This document shows, one piece after another, positions 52,001 to 58,232 of a DNA stretch of 58,232 nucleotides. Numbering within the stretch: the stretch's first letter is position 1; the number at the start of each line of letters is the position of its first letter. Source of the stretch: Armatimonadota bacterium (GTDB lineage Bacteria; Vulcanimicrobiota; JACPDT01); NCBI GenBank assembly GCA_016183865.1, contig JACPDT010000081.1, positions 1 to 58,232 of the forward strand. Direction: 5' to 3'. A program made the translations under genes and the position numbers. A model generated the notes under the pieces. It saw nothing but the letters and a program-made list of their open reading frames with translations. It did no database searches and was not told where the DNA came from.

Positions 52001-53086
52001 AGGCGAAGCTCCGAGCCTTCCGGAAATGGCCCACATCCGATCTTCTTCGATTCGCCCGACGGTTCGAACGGGAGAGCTGAGCTTGAAAGAGCGTTGATAG
52101 CTGGGAAAGATGCCATGGATGTAGCCGGTCACCAGAGGAAGATCGCTCTTGCCCATGAACAATGCAGGGTGACCGAAAGCGAGAATGCGATCCCCTTTCC
52201 GGTACGTCAGAGTTCCCATCCCGGATATGTCGAAATCGCCACCCAGGAGCTGCATGCCCACCGGTGTTCCGGGCACAAGGGGAACGTTTTTCACCCCGGA
52301 CACTCCCGCGCCGCCCCCCTGCAATACGGTGCAATTGTAAGGCTCAAGGAGATCGTTCAGGCGCTTCAATCCGTCGGAGCTGAAGCCGTTCACAACGAGA
52401 AGGGACTGGAGGGGAGTAGCTGCGATGGTATGCTCATCCAGCGTGAATTTCGAGTTCCACCTGTTGCCCACCAGAATTCTTTGAATCTTTTTTCCGCCGA
52501 TCTTCAAGGGCCTGGAAAGGGAATACACGCTTCTGGAAGAAGGTGAGGAACCGGAAGCGGACCCCGCGTGCCAGACTCCTAACATACTTTCTATGGGTGT
52601 TATGCCGAAGATCGGCTCCTTCTCGAAAGAGGCAAAACCCCATGCCACGGCGCCGACCACCTTACCGTTGATGTACACAGGGGAGCCGCTCATCCCGCCA
52701 ACCACCCCTGTCTTGTGCTCCACAGGGTACCCGGATTCCAGAGAGGCTACAATGATGGGCTGATCGCCTGTCCATTTCTCCAGAACGCCGACAATCACCA
52801 CCCTGAACCTCTCGATCCGGGTTCCCTGGAAGACCGTAAGTCCATATCCGCGCATTCCGGACCTGATCTTGGACACAGGCATTATGTCCGGATATAATCG
52901 GGCCAGAGGGATGTCAGGCGCCTTTCGCCGAAGAGGAGCCTCTCTTTTCTTGTATTTCTTTTGCTGGGCAGAGGCGGCATCGCCTCCGAGCAGGATGGCG
53001 GCGCCCAAAGCCAGTAAGGAAACAAAAACAATGAGGAAAGAGAACGAAAAATTGCGGACCCGGAAATTCATTCGGGTGTGTTTCAC
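49016..53086 (-). CDS. Giant (1356 aa) secreted protein: SpoIVB/peptidase-S55-like domain, Pro-rich linker, beta-propeller-like repeats, Ig/FN3-like C-terminal domains
   Basis: GTG 53086 lies 6 nt after AAAGGAG, and a signal peptide follows. GYGLTVFQGTRIERFRVVIVGVL and GVVGGMSGSPVYINGKVVGAVAWGF...GITPIESML (52679..52696 encodes GMSGSP), then GTLTYRKGDRILAFGHP. At least six repeats of the type YAGTG.xG.IY.I. Confidence 0.75.
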   Translation of the reverse strand: MKHTRMNFRVRNFSFSFLIVFVSLLALGAAILLGGDAASAQQKKYKKREAPLRRKAPDIPLARLYPDIMPVSKIRSGMRGYGLTVFQGTRIERFRVVIVGVLEKWTGDQPIIVASLESGYPVEHKTGVVGGMSGSPVYINGKVVGAVAWGFASFEKEPIFGITPIESMLGVWHAGSASGSSPSSRSVYSLSRPLKIGGKKIQRILVGNRWNSKFTLDEHTIAATPLQSLLVVNGFSSDGLKRLNDLLEPYNCTVLQGGGAGVSGVKNVPLVPGTPVGMQLLGGDFDISGMGTLTYRKGDRILAFGHPALFMGKSDLPLVTGYIHGIFPSYQRSFKLSSPVRTVGRIEEDRMWAISGRLGASPRLIPVTMSFSDPERRISKAYHLKVIPNKFLAGGLLAAAVNEAVQVNSRARGDYSARVSFDVDVAGYPPLHFQNVYFEEGTVGSAVSAEIGEVVTTILGNDFSPTSIKHLQLKVDLVPKRLSARISRVALLKPRYNPGDTVEVAVDLTPYGEAPQKRIVSIPLPEDLESGKLRISISGGAYLQALEKRVGTLRPAPVNTGQILNHFRRKKQNNQLVAKVLLPGKGLAIEGEEFYSLPPTVSDILESSLESTIKTRTNEFEVEVATPWLITGQESVTVTVERKGEAKKKKGEENRVQPPAPPSLPPVLPRPQSPHGNTYMDEDTEEYDDESAPQPQAPPTTPRPSATPSPRPDSKPKAPERGKWTQSSLSDFLKGEFEDVSFSKNGAIYLAPALRTLHETSELFLWCCIYEPVSGYIFAGSGNHGMVYKISRDGTIRTEFKIPDVEVFSLASDSKGNVYAGTGPHGLIYQITSRGEVNPYFRTGQKYVWSLSVDQRDRLYAGTGPSGALFEITGSGRGEDLFHLPQSHIRSLAFDSAGTLYAGTSNGGIIYRIPVGGAPEPVYDTPQVSVDALVLDKEGNLFAAASQKGAIYKITPKGKITYWDISQSRVQSLAVDDTGAVFAGTGKDGILYKLTPEDRLHIVHRFEETEILGLATDKEGAIYVASGNGGKVFGLLPEHVSKGSIESTVYDAGFPAEWGTIQWDVSLKSGTSVILETRSGNTETPDSSWSEWSLSYDKPQGMRVLSPPGRFIQYRAFLTTESSKQTPVLSSVRIFFKQENQRPLLALLAPLGGERLSKEAAVRWKALDPDGDGLVFDLYASSDEGQTWRVIKEGVLQKGGSGPSDQARLETAKEQSFTWGTGGFSDGRYILKVTASDRLHHAEGMYEVSDLSNPFLLDNTPPKVKITDDVSFVGKGDRARITGFVTDESSPIVNVRYRVDGGAWLPALPADGIFDTRTERFGLTTEPLKPGSHDLEVLGEDEAGNDSKEKITVKIQ

Positions 53087-53293
53087 CTATTACTCCTTTC
53101 AAACATTTCATCCCTTCCCTGATCTCCGGCGCCGAAAGATCCCCCATCAATGGAGGGCGCGGTTCCGAGACCCCGAGAGCATGGAAAAAGAGATTGGCAG
53201 GAGGGATATTCTTCAAAATGCCTTGCGTCCCTGCAGTGCAACTCCCGGCAATAGTCTTCACCAATGGAGTCGGTCTTCCTGGTCCCCCGCCCC

Positions 53294-53322
53294 TTGACAG
53301 AAGAGAATTTTGCCGTTAACAT
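53294..53322 (+). promoter_or_regulatory. Sigma70-like promoter candidate for the 53356 gene
   Basis: TTGACA (53294..53299), 17 nt, TAACAT (53317..53322), then 33 nt to the TTG start. Confidence 0.4.
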
Positions 53323-53355
53323 GAACTGGAAAGCGTTGGAAAGGAAATCGGGCCC

Positions 53356-53703
53356 TTGAGAATCGCAGCCCCCCCAAAACCTCTTGTGATGACGGTGCTT
53401 GTTGTCTTTCTTCTGTGTGCCCTGGAAGTAGCCCTCGGCAGCCAGGTGGAGCAGCAATTGATCAAGCTTCGCGAGTTGAGGGGGCAAGCACCCTTTCAGG
53501 TGATTTTCCCCGTGAAAGACAGGGAAACAGGGGAAGCTTTTTGCGAGATCTTAAGGAGAGACGGAATGGAGGCCGAGACGGTTTCCACAAACAACGGCCC
53601 CACGGTAGTGGTTCACAAGATAAAAGATCGCTTCTTTCTCTTGACCTTAAAAGAAGCTCTGGAAAATATACGGATCAAAGCAAAAGAAAAACCCGACCCT
53701 TAA
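53356..53703 (+). CDS. Small membrane-anchored protein (115 aa), paralogue of the N-terminal part of the next gene
   Basis: RIAAPPKPLVMTVLVVFLLCALEVALGSQVEQQL aligns with VISPPPKALTCSALGVFLLSLLGVALGMQVERTL of the 53785 gene. That N-terminal similarity supports the TTG start. Confidence 0.55.
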   Translation: MRIAAPPKPLVMTVLVVFLLCALEVALGSQVEQQLIKLRELRGQAPFQVIFPVKDRETGEAFCEILRRDGMEAETVSTNNGPTVVVHKIKDRFFLLTLKEALENIRIKAKEKPDP

Positions 53704-53722
53704 GTTTCGCTCTGCTTTTTGC

Positions 53723-53751
53723 TTGACAGAGGCCGGCATTTCATGTAAAAT
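53723..53751 (+). promoter_or_regulatory. Near-consensus sigma70-like promoter for the 53785 gene
   Basis: TTGACA (53723..53728), 17 nt, TAAAAT (53746..53751), then 33 nt to ATG 53785. Confidence 0.5.
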
Positions 53752-53784
53752 AGTACCAGGTCAATTCAGAAAGGACCCCCCTAT

Positions 53785-54375
53785 ATGGTCATCTCCCCAC
53801 CGCCGAAGGCTTTGACTTGTTCAGCTCTAGGGGTATTCCTGCTCAGCTTGTTGGGAGTGGCACTGGGAATGCAGGTGGAGCGGACTCTTCTGGAGACGGG
53901 GAAGAAGCTCCCCGGTAAGCCCACTCGCCTCTTTTTCCCGGTGAGCAGCCGGCCAATGGGGGAAAAATATGTCAATATCCTCAGTGCTCAAGGGTATGAA
54001 GCGAGCCTGGTACGGAAGGTGGAGAGAGTGGAGAAGCCCGGGTTCATTGTCGCAGCCGACATGAAGTCTGACCTGGCGCAGATAACGGCCGAGACGATCC
54101 GGAAAAAAGGCTTTCAGGCGAAGGTAAGGCCCCTTGAGGAGAAATCGAGACTCCAGATTGGGCCGGTATTTTCGAACAAGAAAGCCGCCGAGCAATACCG
54201 GGACGGGCTGGAGAAAAGGGGGTACGATCTCTCAGTCATGCCCAATGAAGAGATCAAAGCCGGTTCCACTAATTTTGTACAGATTCGAAAAATCTACGAC
54301 CGTTTCACCGAGCAAATTCTTCAACAATCCCTCAGCCGTTCAGGCATCCAGGCGAGGGTGGAAGAAGACACATAA
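53785..54375 (+). CDS. Membrane-anchored protein (196 aa) with SPOR-like repeats
   Basis: N-terminal anchor. FIVAADMKSDLAQITAETIRKKGFQAKV and RLQIGPVFSNKKAAEQYRDGLEKRGYDLSV resemble the SPOR beta-alpha-beta-beta pattern. The assignment is tentative. Confidence 0.5.
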   Translation: MVISPPPKALTCSALGVFLLSLLGVALGMQVERTLLETGKKLPGKPTRLFFPVSSRPMGEKYVNILSAQGYEASLVRKVERVEKPGFIVAADMKSDLAQITAETIRKKGFQAKVRPLEEKSRLQIGPVFSNKKAAEQYRDGLEKRGYDLSVMPNEEIKAGSTNFVQIRKIYDRFTEQILQQSLSRSGIQARVEEDT

Positions 54376-54476
54376 ACTAGCCCCCAGGCGCCGACACTAA
54401 TAACGTAAATGATGCTTGATGGGATTTGTGTCGGGGGTAACCAGGGGCATTCAGGGATGGTTCGACCTTTCACAAC

Positions 54477-55520
54477 ATGCGTATGTTCTCGCAAGTCTAT
54501 GCAATTATTTACAAGGACTTTCACGACATTGTGCAAAGCAAGACAATGCTTATCACAATCATGATTCCCGTGTTATTCTCGATACTCTTCACCGCGGCCC
54601 TGAAGGATGTTCGGCTGCCGAGGTTGGCGGTCGTGGCAAAGGAGAAATCTCAGCTCCTGGACGCTCTCTCCCGCTCTCAGTTGTTCACCCTGTCCTATTT
54701 CGACGGGGAGCCGGAGGCGGCTGATTTCGTGCGATCAGGCAAGGCCCCCGTGGCCATTATACTACCGGACAACATAGATGCCGTCCTCATTGATGGAAGC
54801 GGGACGGGATCTCTTAGCTGCCTTGTGGATCCCTCGGCGCCCAGACAGGTGGCCGTGATCACGGCAGGTATCCGGGAAGTTCTGAGAGTCGCCTCTGGGC
54901 AAAATCTGCGGGCCAAATTGGAGGAAAAGAAAGTCTTTGAAGGAAAAGGAGGGAGAGGGCAAGAATTCCTCCCTACCTGGATTCTCCTTTCACTCATGGG
55001 GGCCTTGATGATTGTGGCCTCCTCCCTTGTAGAAGAGAAGGAAAAAAAGACCCTGCAGGCTGTCCTGGTCACTCCCATTTCGTTGGAGCACATTGTTTTG
55101 GGAAAGGGAATTCTGGGAATAATAATCACGCTGGGAAGTTGTCTGATCGTTCTGGCCTTGAATGGCGGCCTCGCGGGTAATCTCTTGTCCCTGGCAATAT
55201 TGCTGGTACTTGGAGCTGTCAGTTTTTCGCTGCTCGGGATCGTGATCGGACAACTGGCGCCCAGTCAATCGGCGGCAAACTCCATCAACGCAGTTCTGTA
55301 CATCCTGTTCTTTCTCCCGATTGTGTTGTCAGAGAGTTCAAGGACTATGGACATCCTTGCCCGAGGGCTTCCCAGCTACTATGTGGTGGATGGAATAACG
55401 AAGGCTATCATGATTTGCGCGCCTGTAGAGAGAGTCGGTGTAAATATCGCTTATCTCCTGGCTTTTTCTGCCGGGCTTTTCACAATGTCCAGGAAGCTTC
55501 TGGCACATCAAAATATATGA
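54477..55520 (+). CDS. ABC-2 type transporter permease
   Basis: 347 aa. N-terminal TM, a large periplasmic loop, then 5 C-terminal TM helices, which is typical ABC-2 topology. No adjacent ATPase gene. Confidence 0.7.
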   Translation: MRMFSQVYAIIYKDFHDIVQSKTMLITIMIPVLFSILFTAALKDVRLPRLAVVAKEKSQLLDALSRSQLFTLSYFDGEPEAADFVRSGKAPVAIILPDNIDAVLIDGSGTGSLSCLVDPSAPRQVAVITAGIREVLRVASGQNLRAKLEEKKVFEGKGGRGQEFLPTWILLSLMGALMIVASSLVEEKEKKTLQAVLVTPISLEHIVLGKGILGIIITLGSCLIVLALNGGLAGNLLSLAILLVLGAVSFSLLGIVIGQLAPSQSAANSINAVLYILFFLPIVLSESSRTMDILARGLPSYYVVDGITKAIMICAPVERVGVNIAYLLAFSAGLFTMSRKLLAHQNI

Positions 55521-55533
55521 GGAGGCTCTCAAA

Positions 55534-56196
55534 ATGAAACTTTTCATTGACACGGCCATTTTTGATGAGATCAAGGAGGTCCACTCCTGGGGGATCCTGG
55601 CAGGGGTGACCACAAATCCGTCTCTCATGGCCGCATCGGGAAGGTCCTTCAAGGAAGTGATCCGGGATATCTGCGCACTGGTGAACGGGCCGGTAAGCGC
55701 CGAAGCAGTTACCCTGAACGCGGATGAGATGATAAAAGAGGCTCGGGAGCTGGCATCCTGGGCGCCCAATGTCATCGTAAAATTCCCGATTACCGCAGAC
55801 GGTCTGAAGGCCACATCCGTGGTTTCGAAGGAGGGAATCAAAGTCAACATGACCCTGATTTTTTCGGCCAACCAGGCGCTGCTCGCCGCCAGGGCCGGCG
55901 CTTCCTTTGTCAGCCCCTTCGTGGGAAGGGTGGATGATATCAATGGCGAAGGAATGAGTATGGTCAGGGAGATCTCCGAGGTCTTCCAGATTCACCGAAT
56001 TCAGACGGAAGTCATTGCCGCAAGTATCCGACACCCTTTGCACGTTACCCAGGCGGCTCTCGCAGGCGCGGATATCGCTACAATCCCTTATAAGGTGTTC
56101 AAACAGATGTTACATCACCCCCTTACCGACACAGGCATCACCCGTTTCCTTGAAGATTGGAAAAAAGTGCCCCAGGTTGCCAAGGTAAGAGCATAA
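55534..56196 (+). CDS. tal: Transaldolase / fructose-6-phosphate aldolase family (short, subfamily 3B)
   Basis: [37 protein letters not shown] (Schiff-base Lys), NMTLIFS, VSPFVGR. Confidence 0.85.
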   Translation: MKLFIDTAIFDEIKEVHSWGILAGVTTNPSLMAASGRSFKEVIRDICALVNGPVSAEAVTLNADEMIKEARELASWAPNVIVKFPITADGLKATSVVSKEGIKVNMTLIFSANQALLAARAGASFVSPFVGRVDDINGEGMSMVREISEVFQIHRIQTEVIAASIRHPLHVTQAALAGADIATIPYKVFKQMLHHPLTDTGITRFLEDWKKVPQVAKVRA

Positions 56197-56214
56197 AGCA
56201 AGGAGGCTACCCCC

Positions 56215-57510
56215 ATGGTGGAAATTGCCGAACTGGAAACAAAAAGTAGAACCGAGCTTCAGGAGATCGCCAAGAGCTTCAATGTGCCCGGTTACCAGAA
56301 AATCAGGAAGCATGATCTTATTTTTAAGATCCTTCAGACTCAGGCGGAACAGCAGGGGTATATCTTTGCCTCCGGCGTTCTGGAGGTTCTGCCCGACGGC
56401 TACGGCTTTTTGCGCAAAGAATCTTACCTGGCAGGGTCGGAGGATATTTATGTATCCCAGTCCCAGATCAAACGTTTTGACCTGCGTGTAGGTGATACCG
56501 TTTCCGGACAGATCCGCCCCCCAAAAAACGGAGAGAAATACTACGGCCTTCTCAAGGTGGAAGCGGTCAATGGCCAGAACCCGGAAGTCTGCCGGCGTCG
56601 CCCCCGTTTTGATGACCTTACGCCCATATTCCCCAACGAGAGGCTCACTCTTGAGACTGACAGCCACGAAATCTCGGCGCGCATCATTGATCTCATCTCC
56701 CCCATCGGAAAGGGGCAGAGGGGACTGATCGTAGCGCCCCCTAAGGCCGGAAAAACGATTCTTCTCAAAAAGATCGCCCACGGAATAGCCACGAACTTCC
56801 CTGAAGTCTATCTCATAGCCCTTCTGGTGGATGAGCGTCCGGAAGAGGTCACCGATATGCGGCGGTCCATCGAAGGAGAAGTTGTGAGCTCCTGCTTTGA
56901 CGAGCCCCCCGAAGATCATACCCGGGTCTCGGAGCTTGTAACGGAAAAGGCAAAACGCCTCGTGGAATGCGGAAAAGACGTGGTCATTCTGCTGGACAGC
57001 ATCACCCGTCTGGCAAGGGCCTATAACCTGATCCTCCCGCCGTCCGGACGCACCCTTTCAGGCGGCTTGGATACGAGCGCACTGTACAAGCCCAAGAGAT
57101 TCTTCGGCGCGGCCCGAAACATCGAAGAGGGAGGAAGCCTCACCATTATCGCTACATCCCTCATAGAAACGGGAAGCAAGATGGATGACGTCATTTTCGA
57201 GGAATTCAAGGGAACCGGGAACATGGAGCTTGACCTTGTGAGAAAACTGGCTGAAAAGCGCATTTTCCCTGCCATTGATTTCAAGAAATCGGGAACCCGA
57301 CACGAAGAGCTTCTCATGTCCGAGGACGAGCTCCGAAAAGTCTGGCTCCTCCGGAGGGCTCTGGATCTTTTCGAGGGAACGGAAGCCACGGAAATGCTCA
57401 TTGACAAGCTGCAGAAAACAAACAGTAACAAGGATTTCATGAAGCTCATCACCAAGGAAGCAGTCTCCTTCAGCCGCAATATCACAAGCAAGGATTTCCG
57501 AGAAGTATAG
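56215..57510 (+). CDS. rho: Transcription termination factor Rho
   Basis: N-terminal [28 protein letters not shown] domain [14 protein letters not shown], Walker [29 protein letters not shown], and FPAID (AIDxxxSGTR-type motif). Confidence 0.95.
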   Translation: MVEIAELETKSRTELQEIAKSFNVPGYQKIRKHDLIFKILQTQAEQQGYIFASGVLEVLPDGYGFLRKESYLAGSEDIYVSQSQIKRFDLRVGDTVSGQIRPPKNGEKYYGLLKVEAVNGQNPEVCRRRPRFDDLTPIFPNERLTLETDSHEISARIIDLISPIGKGQRGLIVAPPKAGKTILLKKIAHGIATNFPEVYLIALLVDERPEEVTDMRRSIEGEVVSSCFDEPPEDHTRVSELVTEKAKRLVECGKDVVILLDSITRLARAYNLILPPSGRTLSGGLDTSALYKPKRFFGAARNIEEGGSLTIIATSLIETGSKMDDVIFEEFKGTGNMELDLVRKLAEKRIFPAIDFKKSGTRHEELLMSEDELRKVWLLRRALDLFEGTEATEMLIDKLQKTNSNKDFMKLITKEAVSFSRNITSKDFREV

Positions 57511-57516
57511 AAACCC

Positions 57517-58232
57517 GTGAAAAGACGGCCCTTCTGGACCCTCCTGGCCCTGCCCGGCGGAGAGCTGGTGGAAGATACCTCCTTGCCTGCGCTGGGACGA
57601 AACGGCTCTTGCTCCGTGCCCCTCTCTCCGGAGGACATGATACCCATGCCTTTTGGGGCGGAGATCTGTCTTCTGCCAGGAAGGCGTCCCCCCGGGAAGC
57701 CCCTCTCAGGGGACAGGAGGCCCTTTTCCAATGCCGCTTCGGCAATACTTCCGCCAGGCTACCTGCGTCTTCTTCTCCCTGCATTTCAGAGAAACCCCAG
57801 GGCTCCGACCCTGCCCCTTCTCGGATTCACCTGTGTCGCATGGAGGGATGACCGGTTCTGGGTGGCGGCTCAAGAGACGGATGACACAAGAAAGTGGGAT
57901 CCCTCTCAGTACCACACGGTGGGCCTTCCCCATCTCATCAAGGCTCGCCTGAAAAGGCGCCCTGAAAATCGGCTGCTCTCACATCTTGCCGTGTGCGCCC
58001 TGGACTCCGGCTGTTACAATGCCCAGAACATTTTCTATGAGCGCTGGGAGGGGGGGATCCCGGTCTCCCCTGCGTGCAACTCCACCTGCAGGGGGTGTAT
58101 CTCCTTGCAGCCCTCGAAGCGCGTTCCTTCTCCACAGAATCGAATCTCCTTTGTCCCGACCGTGGAAGAAATGACGGAGGTGGTCCTCCATCACCTGGAG
58201 TCTTCGCCTGAAGCCATTGCCAGTTTCGGTCA
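57517..58232 (+). CDS. Radical SAM protein, 5' part only (runs off the window)
   Basis: Not in the ORF track. My translation from GTG 57517 is open to the window end (238 codons) and ends ...[21 protein letters not shown]..., i.e. CxxxCxxC. Confidence 0.6.
   Translation, partial: MKRRPFWTLLALPGGELVEDTSLPALGRNGSCSVPLSPEDMIPMPFGAEICLLPGRRPPGKPLSGDRRPFSNAASAILPPGYLRLLLPAFQRNPRAPTLPLLGFTCVAWRDDRFWVAAQETDDTRKWDPSQYHTVGLPHLIKARLKRRPENRLLSHLAVCALDSGCYNAQNIFYERWEGGIPVSPACNSTCRGCISLQPSKRVPSPQNRISFVPTVEEMTEVVLHHLESSPEAIASFG

Noticed and set aside
1-58232. CRISPR arrays, rRNA genes, integron attC arrays, and retron or DGR reverse transcriptases.
   Set aside because: Reading through all intergenic regions, I found no regularly spaced short repeats, no rRNA-like sequence and no reverse-transcriptase ORF. 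The only exact repeats I noticed are the 25-bp pair at 8537/9783 and the 13-nt tandem at 45237. I could not run a repeat finder, so dispersed repeats may have been missed.

Overview
Densely coding 58.2-kb bacterial window, moderately GC-rich by eye. It has one tRNA (Leu-CAG), no rRNA, and no CRISPR array that I could see. All calls rest on motif-level reading of the supplied ORF translations and the DNA; no searches were run.

The backbone is housekeeping. On the minus strand there is hpf, csp, rng and a fused radical-SAM gene, then a 22-kb co-directional gene string (45130 down to 22903). That string holds a cell-shape and division supercluster: recO, mreC, mreD, folD, mrdA, minC, minD, minE and rodA. 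Upstream of it lie era and kamDE. On the plus strand are tal, rho and a partial radical-SAM gene.

Five things stand out against this backbone:
1. A compact bacterial microcompartment (BMC) locus at 31309..36571 sits exactly between era and recO. It has 2 BMC-H and 3 BMC-P shell genes, an acylating aldehyde dehydrogenase, RpiB, a deoxyribose-phosphate aldolase with an N-terminal extension, and a 276-aa unknown. It looks like the sugar-phosphate-utilisation (SPU) class of BMC loci, but no phosphotransacylase, alcohol dehydrogenase or BMC-T gene is visible in the window.
2. Directly upstream and co-directional are orphan B12-dependent lysine-5,6-aminomutase-like genes (kamDE), a 928-aa orphan protein (nucleoside-phosphorylase-like plus nucleotidyltransferase motifs, C-terminal TM helix) and a HAD-IB enzyme. 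A near-consensus promoter lies in front of the HAD gene.
3. There are two giant secreted proteins. One is 1744 aa (HExxH, Ig/PKD-like repeats, Cys-rich module, TPR, discoidin-like). The other is 1356 aa (SpoIVB/S55-like protease, beta-propeller-like repeats, Ig-like) and is translationally coupled to an ABC ATPase whose candidate permease lies 5.5 kb away on the other strand.
4. A small accessory islet (about 6.6-9.8 kb) carries decayed toxin-antitoxin and IS91 fragments. It also holds an intact AbrB-PIN pair bracketed by a perfect 25-bp direct repeat.
5. Next to the tRNA-Leu is a patch of orphan genes: a CHAP protein, a Pro/Gln/Thr-rich protein and a four-helix-bundle gene fragment.

The lineage cannot be assigned from this window. 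An outer-membrane beta-barrel, lipoprotein signals and minCDE/mreCD suggest a diderm rod.
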